64,000 nucleotides of DNA, taken from Deltaproteobacteria bacterium (GTDB taxonomy: Bacteria > Myxococcota > Myxococcia > SLRQ01). Every line of letters begins with the position of its first letter. Position 1 is the first letter of the stretch. Made by a program: the position numbers and the translations under genes. The notes under the pieces are model-generated. The model saw nothing but the letters and a program-made list of their open reading frames with translations. It was not told where the DNA came from and did no database searches. Below are positions 42,652 through 52,857 of this stretch, in pieces. Location: positions 201,123-265,122 of the forward strand of contig JARGFU010000001.1 in assembly GCA_029210625.1 (NCBI GenBank). Direction: 5' to 3'.

Positions 42652-43596
42652 ATGCTGCCGCCTGCCATGCCCGTCCCCCTGCGAAAGCGGCTGCGCCGCG
42701 CGCTGCGCGCGCTCTTCCTCCGGCTGCTGGTGGCCCTCCTGGGCCTGCTCCCGGTGGGCCTGGCGCTCCGCGCGGGCCGCTTCCTCGGGAGGTGGGTCCA
42801 CCGCCTGGCCCACCGGAGCCGGGAGCTCACGCTCACGCACCTGGGGCAGGCTTTCCCCCAGCTTTCGGAGGCGGAGCGCGAGGCCCTCTCCCGCGCCTGC
42901 TTCGAGAGCCTCGGCGAGCACCTCCTCGAGGACCTGGTCGTCCGCCGGGTGGAGCGGCGGCTGAACACCTGGGTCACCCTCGATCCGGAGAGCCAGGAGA
43001 TCCTCGAGCGCGCCTACGGCTCGGGCCGGGGCGTGGTGCTCTGCACCGGCCACCTGGGCAACTGGGAGCTCGCCGCGCGCGCTCTGTGCCGCCGCGGCTT
43101 CCCGGTCACCGCGCTCGCTCGCCGCAGCCACGACGCCGGGATCGCCGCGCTGCTCGAGCGCTTCCGCCGCGAGGGCGGCGTCGAGCTGATCTACCGGGGT
43201 GAGCCCGCCAACGCCCGCAAGATCCTGGCCACGCTGCGCCGGGGCTCGGCGCTCTTCGTGCTCGTCGACCAGGACCTCGACGAGCGCAGCGTCTACGTCC
43301 CCTTCTTCGGCCGCGACGCCCGCAGCGTCCGAGGCCCGGCGGACCTCGCGCTGCGCAGCGGCGCCCACCTCCTGGTGGGCTGGATCCACCGCGAGGCCCC
43401 GGGGGAGGGCCACCGGATCTCCATCCGGGAGCTGGCCGTCGAGCCCACCGGGGATCGAGAGGCCGACGTGCTGCGGCTGACCGCCGAGATCCAGGCGACC
43501 CTGGAGGAGGCCATCCGGGCCGCGCCGGAGCAGTGGGTCTGGTTCCATCGCCGCTGGTACCGCCGGCCGGGGGAAGAAAGCACCGTCGGCGATTGA
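42652..43596 (+). CDS. Lipid A biosynthesis (Kdo2-lipid IVA) acyltransferase, LpxL/HtrB family
   Basis: N-terminal TM anchor and the 'CTGHLGNWE' HX4D-type acyltransferase motif. Length ~310 aa. Confidence 0.8.
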   Translation: MLPPAMPVPLRKRLRRALRALFLRLLVALLGLLPVGLALRAGRFLGRWVHRLAHRSRELTLTHLGQAFPQLSEAEREALSRACFESLGEHLLEDLVVRRVERRLNTWVTLDPESQEILERAYGSGRGVVLCTGHLGNWELAARALCRRGFPVTALARRSHDAGIAALLERFRREGGVELIYRGEPANARKILATLRRGSALFVLVDQDLDERSVYVPFFGRDARSVRGPADLALRSGAHLLVGWIHREAPGEGHRISIRELAVEPTGDREADVLRLTAEIQATLEEAIRAAPEQWVWFHRRWYRRPGEESTVGD

Positions 43597-43672
43597 CGAC
43601 GGGCCGGGCGGTGCCGACGATGCCGGGGTCCCTCTCTCGAGATCCCGTCTCCTTCGATCCACGGAGCCCACC

Positions 43673-45418
43673 ATGACCGACAAATCCGTCTCCTTCATTC
43701 GCTCTCTCTGCGCCGGCCAGATCGAAGAGGAGGTCATCTTCCCCTTCCCCAAGATGAAGGAAGAGGAGCGGGAGCTGGTCCAGGGCGTCATCGCCTCGGT
43801 CGACGACCTGCTCGGCCCCAAGGCCGAGGAGTTCGCGAAGTGGGACGTCGCGGGTGAGATGCCCGAGGAGTTCATCGAGGAGATGAAGGCCTTCGGCCTC
43901 TTCGGCCTGATCATCCCCGAGGAGCAGGGCGGCATGGGCTTCGGCAACATGGCCTACTCCCGGACCCTGCAGCAGATCTCCCATCACGACGCCTCGGTCG
44001 CCGTGACCGTGGGCGCCCACTCCTCGATCGGCATGCGAGGCCTGAAGCTCTTCGGCACCGACGAGCAGAAGGCGCGCTACTACGAGAAGCTCTGCACCGG
44101 CGAGATGATCGCGGCCTTCTGCCTCACGGAGGCCGGCGCCGGCTCGGACGCCGCCGCGGTGAAGACCACCGCCGAGGAGAAGGACGACCACTACCTCCTC
44201 AACGGCTCCAAGATCTGGATCACCAACGGCGGCTTCGCCGACTTCTTCACCGTCTTCGCCAAGACGGGTGAGAAGGACGGGCGCAGCAAGCTCTCGGCCT
44301 TCATCGTCACCCGCGACATGGAGGGCGTCTCCACCGGACCCCACGAGGACAAGATGGGCATCCGGGGCTCCTCCACCGTCACCGTCTACTTCGAGGACGT
44401 GAAGGTCCCGAAGGAGAACCTGCTGGGCGAGAAGGGCGACGGGTTCAAGGTGGCCATGGCCATCCTCAACAGCGGCCGCTCGGGGCTGGGCGGCGGCGCG
44501 GTCGGCGGCATGAAGATGCTGATCAAGAAGAGCGCGACCTACGCCATGGAGCGCAAGCAGTTCGGGGAGCCCATCGGCACCTTCGGCTCCATCAAGGAGA
44601 AGATCGCCAACATGGTTGTCGACTGCTACGCCACCGAGGCGGCCGTCACCATCGTCGCCCACCTCTCCGACGAGGAGTACGAGGACTACTCGGTCGAGGC
44701 GGCCATCACCAAGGTCTTCGCCTCCGAGGCCCTCTGGCGCGCGGCCGACGAGGCCCTGCAGATCGCCGGCGGCACCGGCTACATGAAGGAGTACCCCTAC
44801 GAGCGCGTGCTCCGGGACGTCCGGATCAACCGCATCTTCGAGGGCGCCAACGAGATCCTCCACCTCTTCATCGCCCTGACGGCGCTCAACGACGTGGGCC
44901 AGGGCCTCAAGGAGATGTCCAAGAGCCTCAAGGGCATCTTCGATCACCCGATCAAGGGCTTCGGGCTGCTCCAGGAGTACGCCCGGAAGCGGGCCGGCTG
45001 GGCCACCGGCATCCAGGCCTTCGACCCGCCGAGGATGGAGCGGGTCCACGAGAGCCTGCGGGCCGAGGCCGTGCTCTTCGAGTCCCTCACCCGCGAGCTG
45101 GCCACCATGGCCGACCGCCTCCTGCGCAAGCACGGCAAGAAGATCATCGGCAAGCAGTTCGCCACCCGCCGGATGGCGAAGGTGATGATCGACCTCTTCA
45201 TGCTCGCCTGCACCCTCTCCCGGGTCAGCCAGGCCATCGAGGAGAAGGGCGCCGAGAAGGCGGCCCCCGAGGTGAAGATCGCGAAGGTCTTCGCGGGCCA
45301 GGTGAAGCGGCGCTGCGTCCAGGCCTTCAACGACATCGATCGCAACACCGACGAGCTGATGAAGGAGCTCGCGGACTTCGCCTACGAGCACGAGGGTTAC
45401 ATCTGGGACGTGATTTGA
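43673..45418 (+). CDS. Acyl-CoA dehydrogenase (long N- and C-terminal extensions)
   Basis: ACAD motifs 'AFCLTEAGAGSDAA', 'GSKIWITNGG' and 'QIAGGTGYM'. Confidence 0.9.
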   Translation: MTDKSVSFIRSLCAGQIEEEVIFPFPKMKEEERELVQGVIASVDDLLGPKAEEFAKWDVAGEMPEEFIEEMKAFGLFGLIIPEEQGGMGFGNMAYSRTLQQISHHDASVAVTVGAHSSIGMRGLKLFGTDEQKARYYEKLCTGEMIAAFCLTEAGAGSDAAAVKTTAEEKDDHYLLNGSKIWITNGGFADFFTVFAKTGEKDGRSKLSAFIVTRDMEGVSTGPHEDKMGIRGSSTVTVYFEDVKVPKENLLGEKGDGFKVAMAILNSGRSGLGGGAVGGMKMLIKKSATYAMERKQFGEPIGTFGSIKEKIANMVVDCYATEAAVTIVAHLSDEEYEDYSVEAAITKVFASEALWRAADEALQIAGGTGYMKEYPYERVLRDVRINRIFEGANEILHLFIALTALNDVGQGLKEMSKSLKGIFDHPIKGFGLLQEYARKRAGWATGIQAFDPPRMERVHESLRAEAVLFESLTRELATMADRLLRKHGKKIIGKQFATRRMAKVMIDLFMLACTLSRVSQAIEEKGAEKAAPEVKIAKVFAGQVKRRCVQAFNDIDRNTDELMKELADFAYEHEGYIWDVI

Positions 45419-46293
45419 GGCGGGCTCGCCTCGGGGGGCTCCTCGCGGTCCTCTCCCTCCTGATCACCGCCTGCGGCGGGGCGATCGTCGAGCGCGACGT
45501 CCCCTACGACGACCGCTTCGGCCAGCAGACGGTGATGAACCTCTACCTCCCGGGCGAGGGCGGCGCCGGCCGCCCGGGGGTGATGCTCATCCACGGGGGC
45601 GGCTGGCGCAACGGCGGCCGCTTCCACATGAGGGATCTGGCCCGGAGGCTGGCCCGGACGGGCTACGTCGCCGCCAACATCGAGTACCGGCTGGCGCCCG
45701 AGCACCCCTATCCGGCCGCGGCCCAGGACAGCCTCTGCGCGCTGGCCTTCTTCCGCGCCGAGGCGGGCCGCCTCGGGCTCGATCCCGATCGGGTGGCGGT
45801 CCTGGGCTACTCGGCCGGCGGCCACCTCGCCGCGCTCATCGGGGTCGCGCCCGACCTGCCGGGGATCCAGCCCGACTGCGCCGCCGGCGGCACCCCCGCG
45901 CCGGCGGCCGTCATCGGCGGCGCCGGGGTCTACGACTTCGACACGGACCTCACCCGCGACACCTTCATCGTGCCCAACTTCATGGGGGGGAGCATCGAGG
46001 AGCTGCCCGAGGCCTGGGCGGAGGCCTCGCCCATCAACCACGTCGAGGCCGGTGAGCCCCCCTTCCTGATGGTGGCCGGCACCACCGACCCCCTGCTGGG
46101 CCAGCAGCGGAGCATGCTCTCGGCGCTGCGGGCCGCGGGCAACGACGCCCGCCTCCTGGTGGTGCCGGGCAGCGGCCACAGCACCGGCCCTGGGGCGGGC
46201 TTCACCGACCGGGCCGTCGAGCAGAGCGTCGAGACCCCGGAGGCCATCCTCGCGATCTTCGACTTCCTCGCGGAGACGGTGGGCGCCCCGTGA
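45415..46293 (+). CDS. Alpha/beta-hydrolase fold-3 esterase/lipase, lipoprotein
   Basis: Lipobox 'LLITAC', oxyanion 'HGGGW' and nucleophile elbow 'GYSAGG'. The start overlaps the previous stop by 4 bp. Confidence 0.8.
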   Translation: MRRARLGGLLAVLSLLITACGGAIVERDVPYDDRFGQQTVMNLYLPGEGGAGRPGVMLIHGGGWRNGGRFHMRDLARRLARTGYVAANIEYRLAPEHPYPAAAQDSLCALAFFRAEAGRLGLDPDRVAVLGYSAGGHLAALIGVAPDLPGIQPDCAAGGTPAPAAVIGGAGVYDFDTDLTRDTFIVPNFMGGSIEELPEAWAEASPINHVEAGEPPFLMVAGTTDPLLGQQRSMLSALRAAGNDARLLVVPGSGHSTGPGAGFTDRAVEQSVETPEAILAIFDFLAETVGAP

Positions 46294-46841
46294 ACGCCGC
46301 CCTGCTCCTCCTGCTCCTCGGCGCCGCGGCCGGCGCCCCGACCGCCGACCCCTACGGGCCGCGGGATGCCGTCCACCTCCCGCCCCTCGCGATCCACGCC
46401 TTCGGCGGGATGCTGGAGTACGAGCGCTACGCCCTGCCCGAGCAGCACCTCTCCCTCGCGTTGCGCGCGGGCCTGCGCTCGGCCGCCCGGGAGGACTTCC
46501 GGGGCCTGGGCCTCTCGGCCGGGGCCGAGCTGCGACTCTGGCCGGCGCAGCGCCTCGTGGCCTTCAAGCCGGCACCCGAGGTCATGGCCGGCCCCTACCT
46601 CGGCCTGGCCCTCGACCTCGAGGGCAGCGGCCTGCGCGCCACGACCGGCGAGAAGGTGGGGAGCCACCTGGCCTTCGGCCTCACCGCGCTCGGCGGCTAC
46701 CGTCTGCTGACCGGCTTCGGGCCGGTGGCGACGATCTTCGTGGGCGCCGTCCTCCAGCGCTCGCTGATCTTCGACGGCCGGACCGCCGGCCTGACGATCC
46801 TCCGGCCCGCCTGGGGCTTCACCCTCGGCTGGGTCTTCTGA
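46290..46841 (+). CDS. Hypothetical secreted/outer-membrane protein
   Basis: Signal peptide 'LLLLLLGAAAGAP', alternating beta-strand pattern and a C-terminal 'GWVF' aromatic end. Confidence 0.5.
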   Translation: MNAALLLLLLGAAAGAPTADPYGPRDAVHLPPLAIHAFGGMLEYERYALPEQHLSLALRAGLRSAAREDFRGLGLSAGAELRLWPAQRLVAFKPAPEVMAGPYLGLALDLEGSGLRATTGEKVGSHLAFGLTALGGYRLLTGFGPVATIFVGAVLQRSLIFDGRTAGLTILRPAWGFTLGWVF

Positions 46842-46923
46842 GGACCCTGGCCAGCGCCGCCGCTGCTGGCGAGGATCCCCCTGGAGAAGCTCACCCTGGA
46901 GCTGGCCGCCGGGGGGGACTGAA

Positions 46924-49641
46924 TCAGGCGACGCCCTCGACCGGCCGGTCGGACGCGCCGAGCAGCGCCTCGATCTCGGCCAGCATCTGCCCGAGCTTCA
47001 GGGGCTTCTGCAGCACCCGGTCCACGCCCCCGGGGCCGATGGCGGACTGGGCCAGGGGGAGATCGTTCCCGGTGAAGAGCAGCACCGGCACGTCCGCCCG
47101 GATCGCCTTGATCTTCGCGGCGAGATAGTCGCCTCGCAGCCGGGGCATCGCCAGGTCGGTGATGATCAGATCGTAGGCCTCGGGCGCGCTCTCGAAGGCC
47201 TCCAGCGCGTCGAGGCCGCTGTTGTGGACCTCCACCTCGTAGCCGGCCTCCTCGAGGGTGGCCCGGAAGACGGAGGTGATCATCTCCTCGTCGTCGACCA
47301 GGAGGATGCTCCCGCTCCCCCTCCCGAGGACCGGCTGCTCTTCGACGGCCCCCACCCCCTCGGGCTCGCAGGCGGGGAGCCAGACCTCGAAGCAAGAGCC
47401 CTCGCTCGGGGTGCTCGAGACCCTGATCGTCCCGCCCCGGCTCTCGACGATCCCGTGCACCACCGAGAGCCCGAGGCCGGTCCCCTCTCCGGCCTTCCGG
47501 GTGGTGAAGAAGGGCTCGAAGAGCCGCTGCTGGACCTCGGGGCTCATCCCGCTGCCGTTGTCGATGACCGCGAGCCGCACGTGGTCGCCGGCCGCCAGGC
47601 CGAGCCGCTCCGCGGCCGGGGCGTCGAGCGCGAGATCCTCGAGCTCCAGGATGATCCGGCCGGGGGCGATGCCGATGGCCAGGGAGGCGTTGGTGCAGAG
47701 GTTGACCACGATCCGCTCGATGTCTCCGGGCGCCACCCGGACGTGGGTGGCGGTCCGTCCCTGGAGCCGGACGTCGATGGAGGTGGGGATGGTGGCCCGC
47801 ACCAGCTTGAGCGCCTCCTCGACCTGGGTCTGGACCCTCAGCGGGCCGGCCTCGTCCGGCAGCCGCCGGCTGAAGGCGAGGATCTGGCGGGTCAGGTCGG
47901 CCGCCCGCTCGGCCGCCTGCTGCACCCGCTCGAGATCCCCCACCGTCTCGGCCGGGTTGCCCTCCCGCAGGAGAGCGCGCTCCGTGTAGCCGACCACGCC
48001 GGCGAGGACGTTGTTGAAGTCGTGGGCGATGCCGCCGGCCAGGGTGCCGATCGCCTGCATCCGCTGGGACTGCTCCACCTGGCTCTCGAGCGCGACCTGC
48101 CGGGTCACGTCCCGGCGGGCGGAGACGTAGCCCCGGGTCTGTCCCTCGGGATCCCGGATCGCGGCGATGGTCGCGTCCTGGAGGATGATCCGTCCCTCCT
48201 TCGTCCGGTTGTGGAAGCGGCCGTGCCAGATCTCCCCCCGGGCCAGCGCCGCGTAGAGCTCCCGGTAGAAGGCCTCCTCGTGCAGGTCGCTCTTGAGGAT
48301 CGAGGGCCGCTTCCCGACGACCTCCTCGCTCGAGTAGCCCGTCGTGGCCTCGAAGGCCGGGTTGACGTACTGGATCACGCTCTCGGCGTCGGTGATCACG
48401 ATGTCCTCGACGGCCTGCTCGACGGCGGCGGCCAGGAGCGCCAGGCGGCTGGCCTGCTCCTCGCGCAGCGCGATCGCCTCCACCATGGCCTCCGTGCGCT
48501 GGCGCACCCGGCGGCGCAGCTGCTGGGCCCAGACGAGGCTGGCCAGCGCGATCATCAGCAGCGCACCGAGGCCGTAGCCCAGCAGCTCCAGCAGGCGCTG
48601 GCGGCGCCGGGCCGCCTCCTCCGGATCGGGCACGAAGCCGGCGATCCGGTCGATGTCGGCCGTGACCCCCGTGAACTGGAACTCGCTGGCCATCCGCCCC
48701 CAGCGGCCGGGGTTCATGTGGCCGATCTCGACGAGGGTCGGCATCACGGTCCGCTTCATGGCCGCGGCCTCCTCGAGCAGCGCCACGCGGGTCAGCGGCT
48801 CGGGGCGCTGGGTCGGCAGGCTCCGGATGAGCTCGGCGAGCTCCTCGGGGTGCGCCATCGCGTAGGCCCAGCCCTTCATGGAGGCGGCGCGGAACGCCTC
48901 GACCCGCTCGGGCTCGCGCTCGAGGAGGGCCTCGCTGGTGAAGAGGGTGTCGCCGTAGAAGTCCACGCCGTAGTCGACCGGATCGAGGAGGGCCACCTCG
49001 ATGCCCCGGCGCTTGAGCTTCAAGGGCTCGTCGATCACGTAGGCGGTCATCGCGTCGACCCGCCCCTCGACCAGATCGTCGACCCGCCAGGTGTGTGGGA
49101 GGACCTGGACGGAAGAAGGAGAGGGCTCGGTGCTGACCGAGACTCCCTCCCGCTTGAGCATCGCCAGCAGCGGGCTCGCCCCGTGGCTCTCGTCCATCAG
49201 GGTCCGGCCCACCAGGTCGGTCGGCGTCCGGATCTCCGACTCCCGGAGCGAGAGGATGACGTAGGGCGAGTGCTGGAAGACCGCCGCGAGCGCCACGACC
49301 GGGGCGCCGGTGAGGCGGGCGTAGAGCAGATCGCCGCCGTCGTGCACCCCGAACTCGATCTCCTCCCCGGCCACCTCCTGGATCGGCCGCCGGTCCGGAG
49401 CGCCCTCGACGATCTCCACCTCCAGCCCGGCCTCCCGGTAGTAGCCCCGCTCCTTCGCCGCGTAGTAGCCGGCGAACTGGAAGGCGTGGAACCACTTCAG
49501 CTGGAGCCGGACGGGAGTGGGCGCGCCCCCGGCCCACGCGCTCGCCGGCACGGCGGCGAGCAGGGCCAGCAAGAGCAGGATCCTCACCGGGATCCTCCTG
49601 GCGCTCCTCTTCGGTTCCATCTTCATGCGTCCCGGCACCAA
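46924..49641 (-). CDS. Hybrid histidine kinase with N-terminal periplasmic NMT1/THI5-like solute-binding domain, PAS, HisKA, HATPase, REC
   Basis: Signal peptide plus 'LQLKWFHAFQFAGYYAAKERGYY' (an NMT1/SsuA-like substrate-binding protein); a TM segment; PAS; H-box 'AHDFNNVLAGV'; a C-terminal receiver 'IITDLAMPRLRG'. Confidence 0.8.
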   Translation of the reverse strand: MVPGRMKMEPKRSARRIPVRILLLLALLAAVPASAWAGGAPTPVRLQLKWFHAFQFAGYYAAKERGYYREAGLEVEIVEGAPDRRPIQEVAGEEIEFGVHDGGDLLYARLTGAPVVALAAVFQHSPYVILSLRESEIRTPTDLVGRTLMDESHGASPLLAMLKREGVSVSTEPSPSSVQVLPHTWRVDDLVEGRVDAMTAYVIDEPLKLKRRGIEVALLDPVDYGVDFYGDTLFTSEALLEREPERVEAFRAASMKGWAYAMAHPEELAELIRSLPTQRPEPLTRVALLEEAAAMKRTVMPTLVEIGHMNPGRWGRMASEFQFTGVTADIDRIAGFVPDPEEAARRRQRLLELLGYGLGALLMIALASLVWAQQLRRRVRQRTEAMVEAIALREEQASRLALLAAAVEQAVEDIVITDAESVIQYVNPAFEATTGYSSEEVVGKRPSILKSDLHEEAFYRELYAALARGEIWHGRFHNRTKEGRIILQDATIAAIRDPEGQTRGYVSARRDVTRQVALESQVEQSQRMQAIGTLAGGIAHDFNNVLAGVVGYTERALLREGNPAETVGDLERVQQAAERAADLTRQILAFSRRLPDEAGPLRVQTQVEEALKLVRATIPTSIDVRLQGRTATHVRVAPGDIERIVVNLCTNASLAIGIAPGRIILELEDLALDAPAAERLGLAAGDHVRLAVIDNGSGMSPEVQQRLFEPFFTTRKAGEGTGLGLSVVHGIVESRGGTIRVSSTPSEGSCFEVWLPACEPEGVGAVEEQPVLGRGSGSILLVDDEEMITSVFRATLEEAGYEVEVHNSGLDALEAFESAPEAYDLIITDLAMPRLRGDYLAAKIKAIRADVPVLLFTGNDLPLAQSAIGPGGVDRVLQKPLKLGQMLAEIEALLGASDRPVEGVA

Positions 49642-49675
49642 AACTAGAGGGAAGGACGCCCGCTGTCGAACCCCG

Positions 49676-50995
49676 CTACTTCTCGATCTGGGCGAGGCCC
49701 TGCTCGAGGTCCCGGATGATGTCCGCTGCGGCCTCGATGCCGATGGAGAGCCGCACCGCGTTGGGGGGGATCCCCGCCTTCTTCTTGCCCTCGGCGTCGA
49801 TGGCCGCGTGGGTCATGGCCCCGGGGTGCTCGATGAGGGTGCGCAGCTGGCCGAGGGAGACCGCGAGGGTCAGGGTGTAGGCGTGCTTCGCCATCCAGTC
49901 GACGGCCTTCACCGTGTTCTTCGGATCGGCGGCGTCCTCCTCGGCGATCTCGAAGTAGATCATGTTCGAGGGCGCGAAGTTCCCGTGGGGGTCGCGCATC
50001 TGCTTCTTCGCCAGCTGGTAGTCGGGGTGGTCCTCGAGCCCCGGGTAGCGCAGGACGGTGACCCTCGGGTGGCCGCGCAGGAAGCGGGCGACCTCGAAGG
50101 CGGTCTTCATCTGCCGCTCGAGGCGCATCGGGAGGGTGGGCAGGCCGTAGACGAGGATCGGCCAGGCGCTTTTCGGCGCCAGGGCCCCCCCGAAGTCCTT
50201 GCGATAGAGGAGGAGCTGCCCCTCCAGGGCGTGCGGCGCGATCACCACCCCGCCCATGTCGGTGCCGTAGCCGCCGATGTTCTTGGTGAGGGAGTGGACG
50301 ATGATGTCCGAGCCCAGCTCGATGGGGCGCTGACAGAAGGGCGTGGCGAAGGTGTTGTCGACGATGATCCAGATCCGCTCCTCTTCCGCGCGCCCGGCGT
50401 TGATCTCGTCGACCAGGGCCCGGACCGCGCCGATGTCGATCAGCTCGAGGGTGGGGTTCACCGGGGTCTCGAAGTAGACGGCCCGGGTGGTCTCGTCGAT
50501 GGCGCCCCGCAGGGCCGCGGCGTCCCGCACGTCGACCAGGCGCGCCTCGATGTTCAGCTTGGGGTACCAGCCGGTGAGCAGGCTGTAGGTGCAGCCGTAG
50601 AGGGTGCGGTGGGCGACCACCGAGTTTCCGGACTGCAGCACCACCCCGAGGGCCGCGCTGATGGCGGCCATGCCGGTGGCGAAGGCGACGGCGACGTCGC
50701 CACCCTCGACGGCCGCCAGCTCGTCCTCGAGCATGCCGCGGGTCGGCTCGTCGAGGCGGTCGTAGATGTAGATCGGCTCGGCCTTGCTGCCCTCACCGCT
50801 GGCGTACTCGGCGAAGCCCTTGGCGCCCCGCTGGGTGTCGTCGAGGCGGTAGGTCACGCTCGAGGACTGGGGCGGGATGATGTGGTGCTTGAAGTCCCAC
50901 TTCTCGGTGAAGTGTCGGCCGTGGATGAGGAAGGACTGGACGTCGACTCCCTCGGGGATGTCCGGAGGACCGGGGAGCGGCTTCTTGTCGGTCAT
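49676..50995 (-). CDS. metY: O-acetylhomoserine sulfhydrylase / Cys-Met-metabolism PLP enzyme
   Basis: 'HSLTKNIGGYGTDMGG' PLP-lysine region of the trans-sulfuration enzyme family. Length 439 aa. Confidence 0.85.
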   Translation of the reverse strand: MTDKKPLPGPPDIPEGVDVQSFLIHGRHFTEKWDFKHHIIPPQSSSVTYRLDDTQRGAKGFAEYASGEGSKAEPIYIYDRLDEPTRGMLEDELAAVEGGDVAVAFATGMAAISAALGVVLQSGNSVVAHRTLYGCTYSLLTGWYPKLNIEARLVDVRDAAALRGAIDETTRAVYFETPVNPTLELIDIGAVRALVDEINAGRAEEERIWIIVDNTFATPFCQRPIELGSDIIVHSLTKNIGGYGTDMGGVVIAPHALEGQLLLYRKDFGGALAPKSAWPILVYGLPTLPMRLERQMKTAFEVARFLRGHPRVTVLRYPGLEDHPDYQLAKKQMRDPHGNFAPSNMIYFEIAEEDAADPKNTVKAVDWMAKHAYTLTLAVSLGQLRTLIEHPGAMTHAAIDAEGKKKAGIPPNAVRLSIGIEAAADIIRDLEQGLAQIEK

Positions 50996-51043
50996 GGTGT
51001 CTCCTTGGCTACCAGCTTGAAAATAGCAATCCTCATGCCATGG

Positions 51044-51072
51044 TTGATCAGGCGGGAGCGCACGGCTATACT
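51044..51072 (+). promoter_or_regulatory. Sigma-70-like promoter (TTGATC-17 nt-TATACT) in an AT-richer island upstream of lptC
   Basis: The hexamers read from the sequence are 'ttgatc' at 51044-51049 and 'tatact' at 51067-51072. The local AT content is markedly above the genome background. Confidence 0.45.
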
Positions 51073-51096
51073 CATTGGAGAATTGGACTCAAATGC

Positions 51097-51567
51097 ATGA
51101 AATCACGGTGCTTTTCAGATACTGGCACACCTGGGCCAGATCGCCGCGGCGCCGTGGGTCCCGGCGTGCTGCTCCTCTCCGCCTGCGTTCTCTGCGCCTG
51201 TGGCGGCCCGCGACCGGCGGCGGACGCCTCCCCGCCCCCCGAGGGGATCGACCTGAAGGGGGTGGCGGCCTGGCACCACCAGGGCACCGAGCTGCGGGCC
51301 AGCGTGGTGGCCGCCGGCGCCCACTTCCCGGAGGGGCTCGCCCTCGCCGAGCTCCGCGGCGCCAAGATGCACCTGGTGAGCCCGGGGCTGACCTTCCAGG
51401 CGGCCCGGGCCCGGATCGATCTGGAGACCCTCGAGGGAGCGGGCGAGGACGAGGTCATCCTCGAGGGCCAGGGCTTCCGGGCCACCGGCGGGCGCTTCAC
51501 CCTCTCGGCCCGGAGCAAGGAGCTGGTGATCTCCTCGCCGGTCCGCGTGGAGACCCCGGGCCGATGA
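51097..51567 (+). CDS. lptC: LptC-like LPS export protein (membrane-anchored); start uncertain
   Basis: Hydrophobic anchor 'GPGVLLLSACVLCAC', ~150 aa, positioned immediately upstream of lptA-lptB. Candidate starts are ATG 51097 or GTG ~51151. Confidence 0.55.
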   Translation: MKSRCFSDTGTPGPDRRGAVGPGVLLLSACVLCACGGPRPAADASPPPEGIDLKGVAAWHHQGTELRASVVAAGAHFPEGLALAELRGAKMHLVSPGLTFQAARARIDLETLEGAGEDEVILEGQGFRATGGRFTLSARSKELVISSPVRVETPGR

Positions 51568-52070
51568 GCCGCCTCTCGCTCCACCTGGGCCTCGCCCTCC
51601 TCCTCCTCGGCCTCGGCGCACCGGCCCGGGCCGAGGCGCCGGCCGGCCGCGCCCTGCCCGCGGTGCGGATCGTCGCCGAGACCATGAAGGTGAAGGGGGC
51701 GGAGAACCGCGCCGTCTTCACCGGCAAGCCCGGCAAGCCGATCCAGGTCACCCGCGGTGAGGATCGCCTCGACTGCGCCCGCCTGGTGGTCTCCTACGAC
51801 GCGAGCGGCGCGGTGGAGACCTTCGTCGCCGAGGGCAGCGTCCACATGGTGCGCAAGGCGCGGCACCTTCGCTCCGAGCGGGCCGAGCTCGACAACCGCA
51901 AGAACCTCCTGACCCTCACCGGCGATCCCGTCATGGAGGAGGGCAAGAACCTCGTCCGCGGCGAGGTGATGCGCTACGACCTCGAGCGGGACGAGGTCGA
52001 GGTGCAGCAGGTCGAGGCCCGGGTCGAGCTCGAGCGGGTCGCGCCGGCAGAAGGGGGCAAGCGGCCGTGA
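51564..52070 (+). CDS. lptA: LptA (OstA-like periplasmic LPS transport protein)
   Basis: Signal peptide 'LGLALLLLGLGAPARA' and an OstA-like beta-jellyroll pattern. ATGA overlap with lptC. Confidence 0.75.
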   Translation: MSRLSLHLGLALLLLGLGAPARAEAPAGRALPAVRIVAETMKVKGAENRAVFTGKPGKPIQVTRGEDRLDCARLVVSYDASGAVETFVAEGSVHMVRKARHLRSERAELDNRKNLLTLTGDPVMEEGKNLVRGEVMRYDLERDEVEVQQVEARVELERVAPAEGGKRP

Positions 52071-52822
52071 GCGACGTGGTCCTCCAGGCCGTGGGCGTCA
52101 CCAAGTCCTACCGCCGGCGCAAGGTCGTCGACGGGGTGAGCTTCGAGGTGCACGCCGGCGAGGTCTTCGGCCTGCTCGGGCCCAACGGCGCGGGCAAGAC
52201 CACGACCTTCAACATGATCGTCGGGCGCGTGCGCCCGGAGAGCGGAGAGGTCTACCTCGGCAAGGAGGCCATCACCCGGCTGCCGATGTACCGGAGGGCC
52301 CGCAAGGGCCTGGGCTACCTGCCGCAGGAGGCGTCGATCTTCCGGCGGCTCACCGTGAGGGAGAACTTCCTGGCCATCCTCGAGGCCAGCAGGGTCCCCC
52401 GGCCCGAGCGCGAGGCGCGGGTCGAGTCCCTCCTCGAGGACTTCGATCTCTCCCGCATCGCCGACAGCCTGGGCGGGACCCTCTCCGGAGGAGAGCGGCG
52501 GCGGGTGGAGGTCGCCCGCTGCCTGATCCCCAATCCCTCGGTGGTGCTCTTCGACGAGCCCTTCGCCGGGGTGGACCCGATCGCCGTGGGCGAGCTGCAG
52601 ACCTTGATCCGCAGCCTGGAGGCCCGCGGCATCGCCGTCATCATCACCGATCACAATGTCCGCGAGACCCTCGGGATCTGCGACCGGGCCGCCGTCCTGG
52701 CCAACGGGAAGCTGCTCGCCGTGGGATCACCCGAGGAGATAGCTGGTAATCCGAGTGCGAGGGCGGTGTATCTTGGGGACGCCTTCTCGCTCGATGGAGC
52801 CCGGGACCGCCTGGCCTCCTGA
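52067..52822 (+). CDS. lptB: LPS export ABC transporter ATP-binding protein
   Basis: Walker A 'GPNGAGKTT', ABC signature 'LSGGERRR' and Walker B 'VLFDEP'. The start overlaps the lptA stop. Confidence 0.92.
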   Translation: MSDVVLQAVGVTKSYRRRKVVDGVSFEVHAGEVFGLLGPNGAGKTTTFNMIVGRVRPESGEVYLGKEAITRLPMYRRARKGLGYLPQEASIFRRLTVRENFLAILEASRVPRPEREARVESLLEDFDLSRIADSLGGTLSGGERRRVEVARCLIPNPSVVLFDEPFAGVDPIAVGELQTLIRSLEARGIAVIITDHNVRETLGICDRAAVLANGKLLAVGSPEEIAGNPSARAVYLGDAFSLDGARDRLAS

Positions 52823-52857
52823 ACACCCCTTCCGAGAGTCAGGAACGACGAGACCCA

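Noticed and set aside
51123-51140. 'TGGCAC-N5-GGCC' resembling a sigma-54 -24/-12 element
   Set aside because: The -12 'TTGC' part is absent, and it lies inside the probable lptC coding region.
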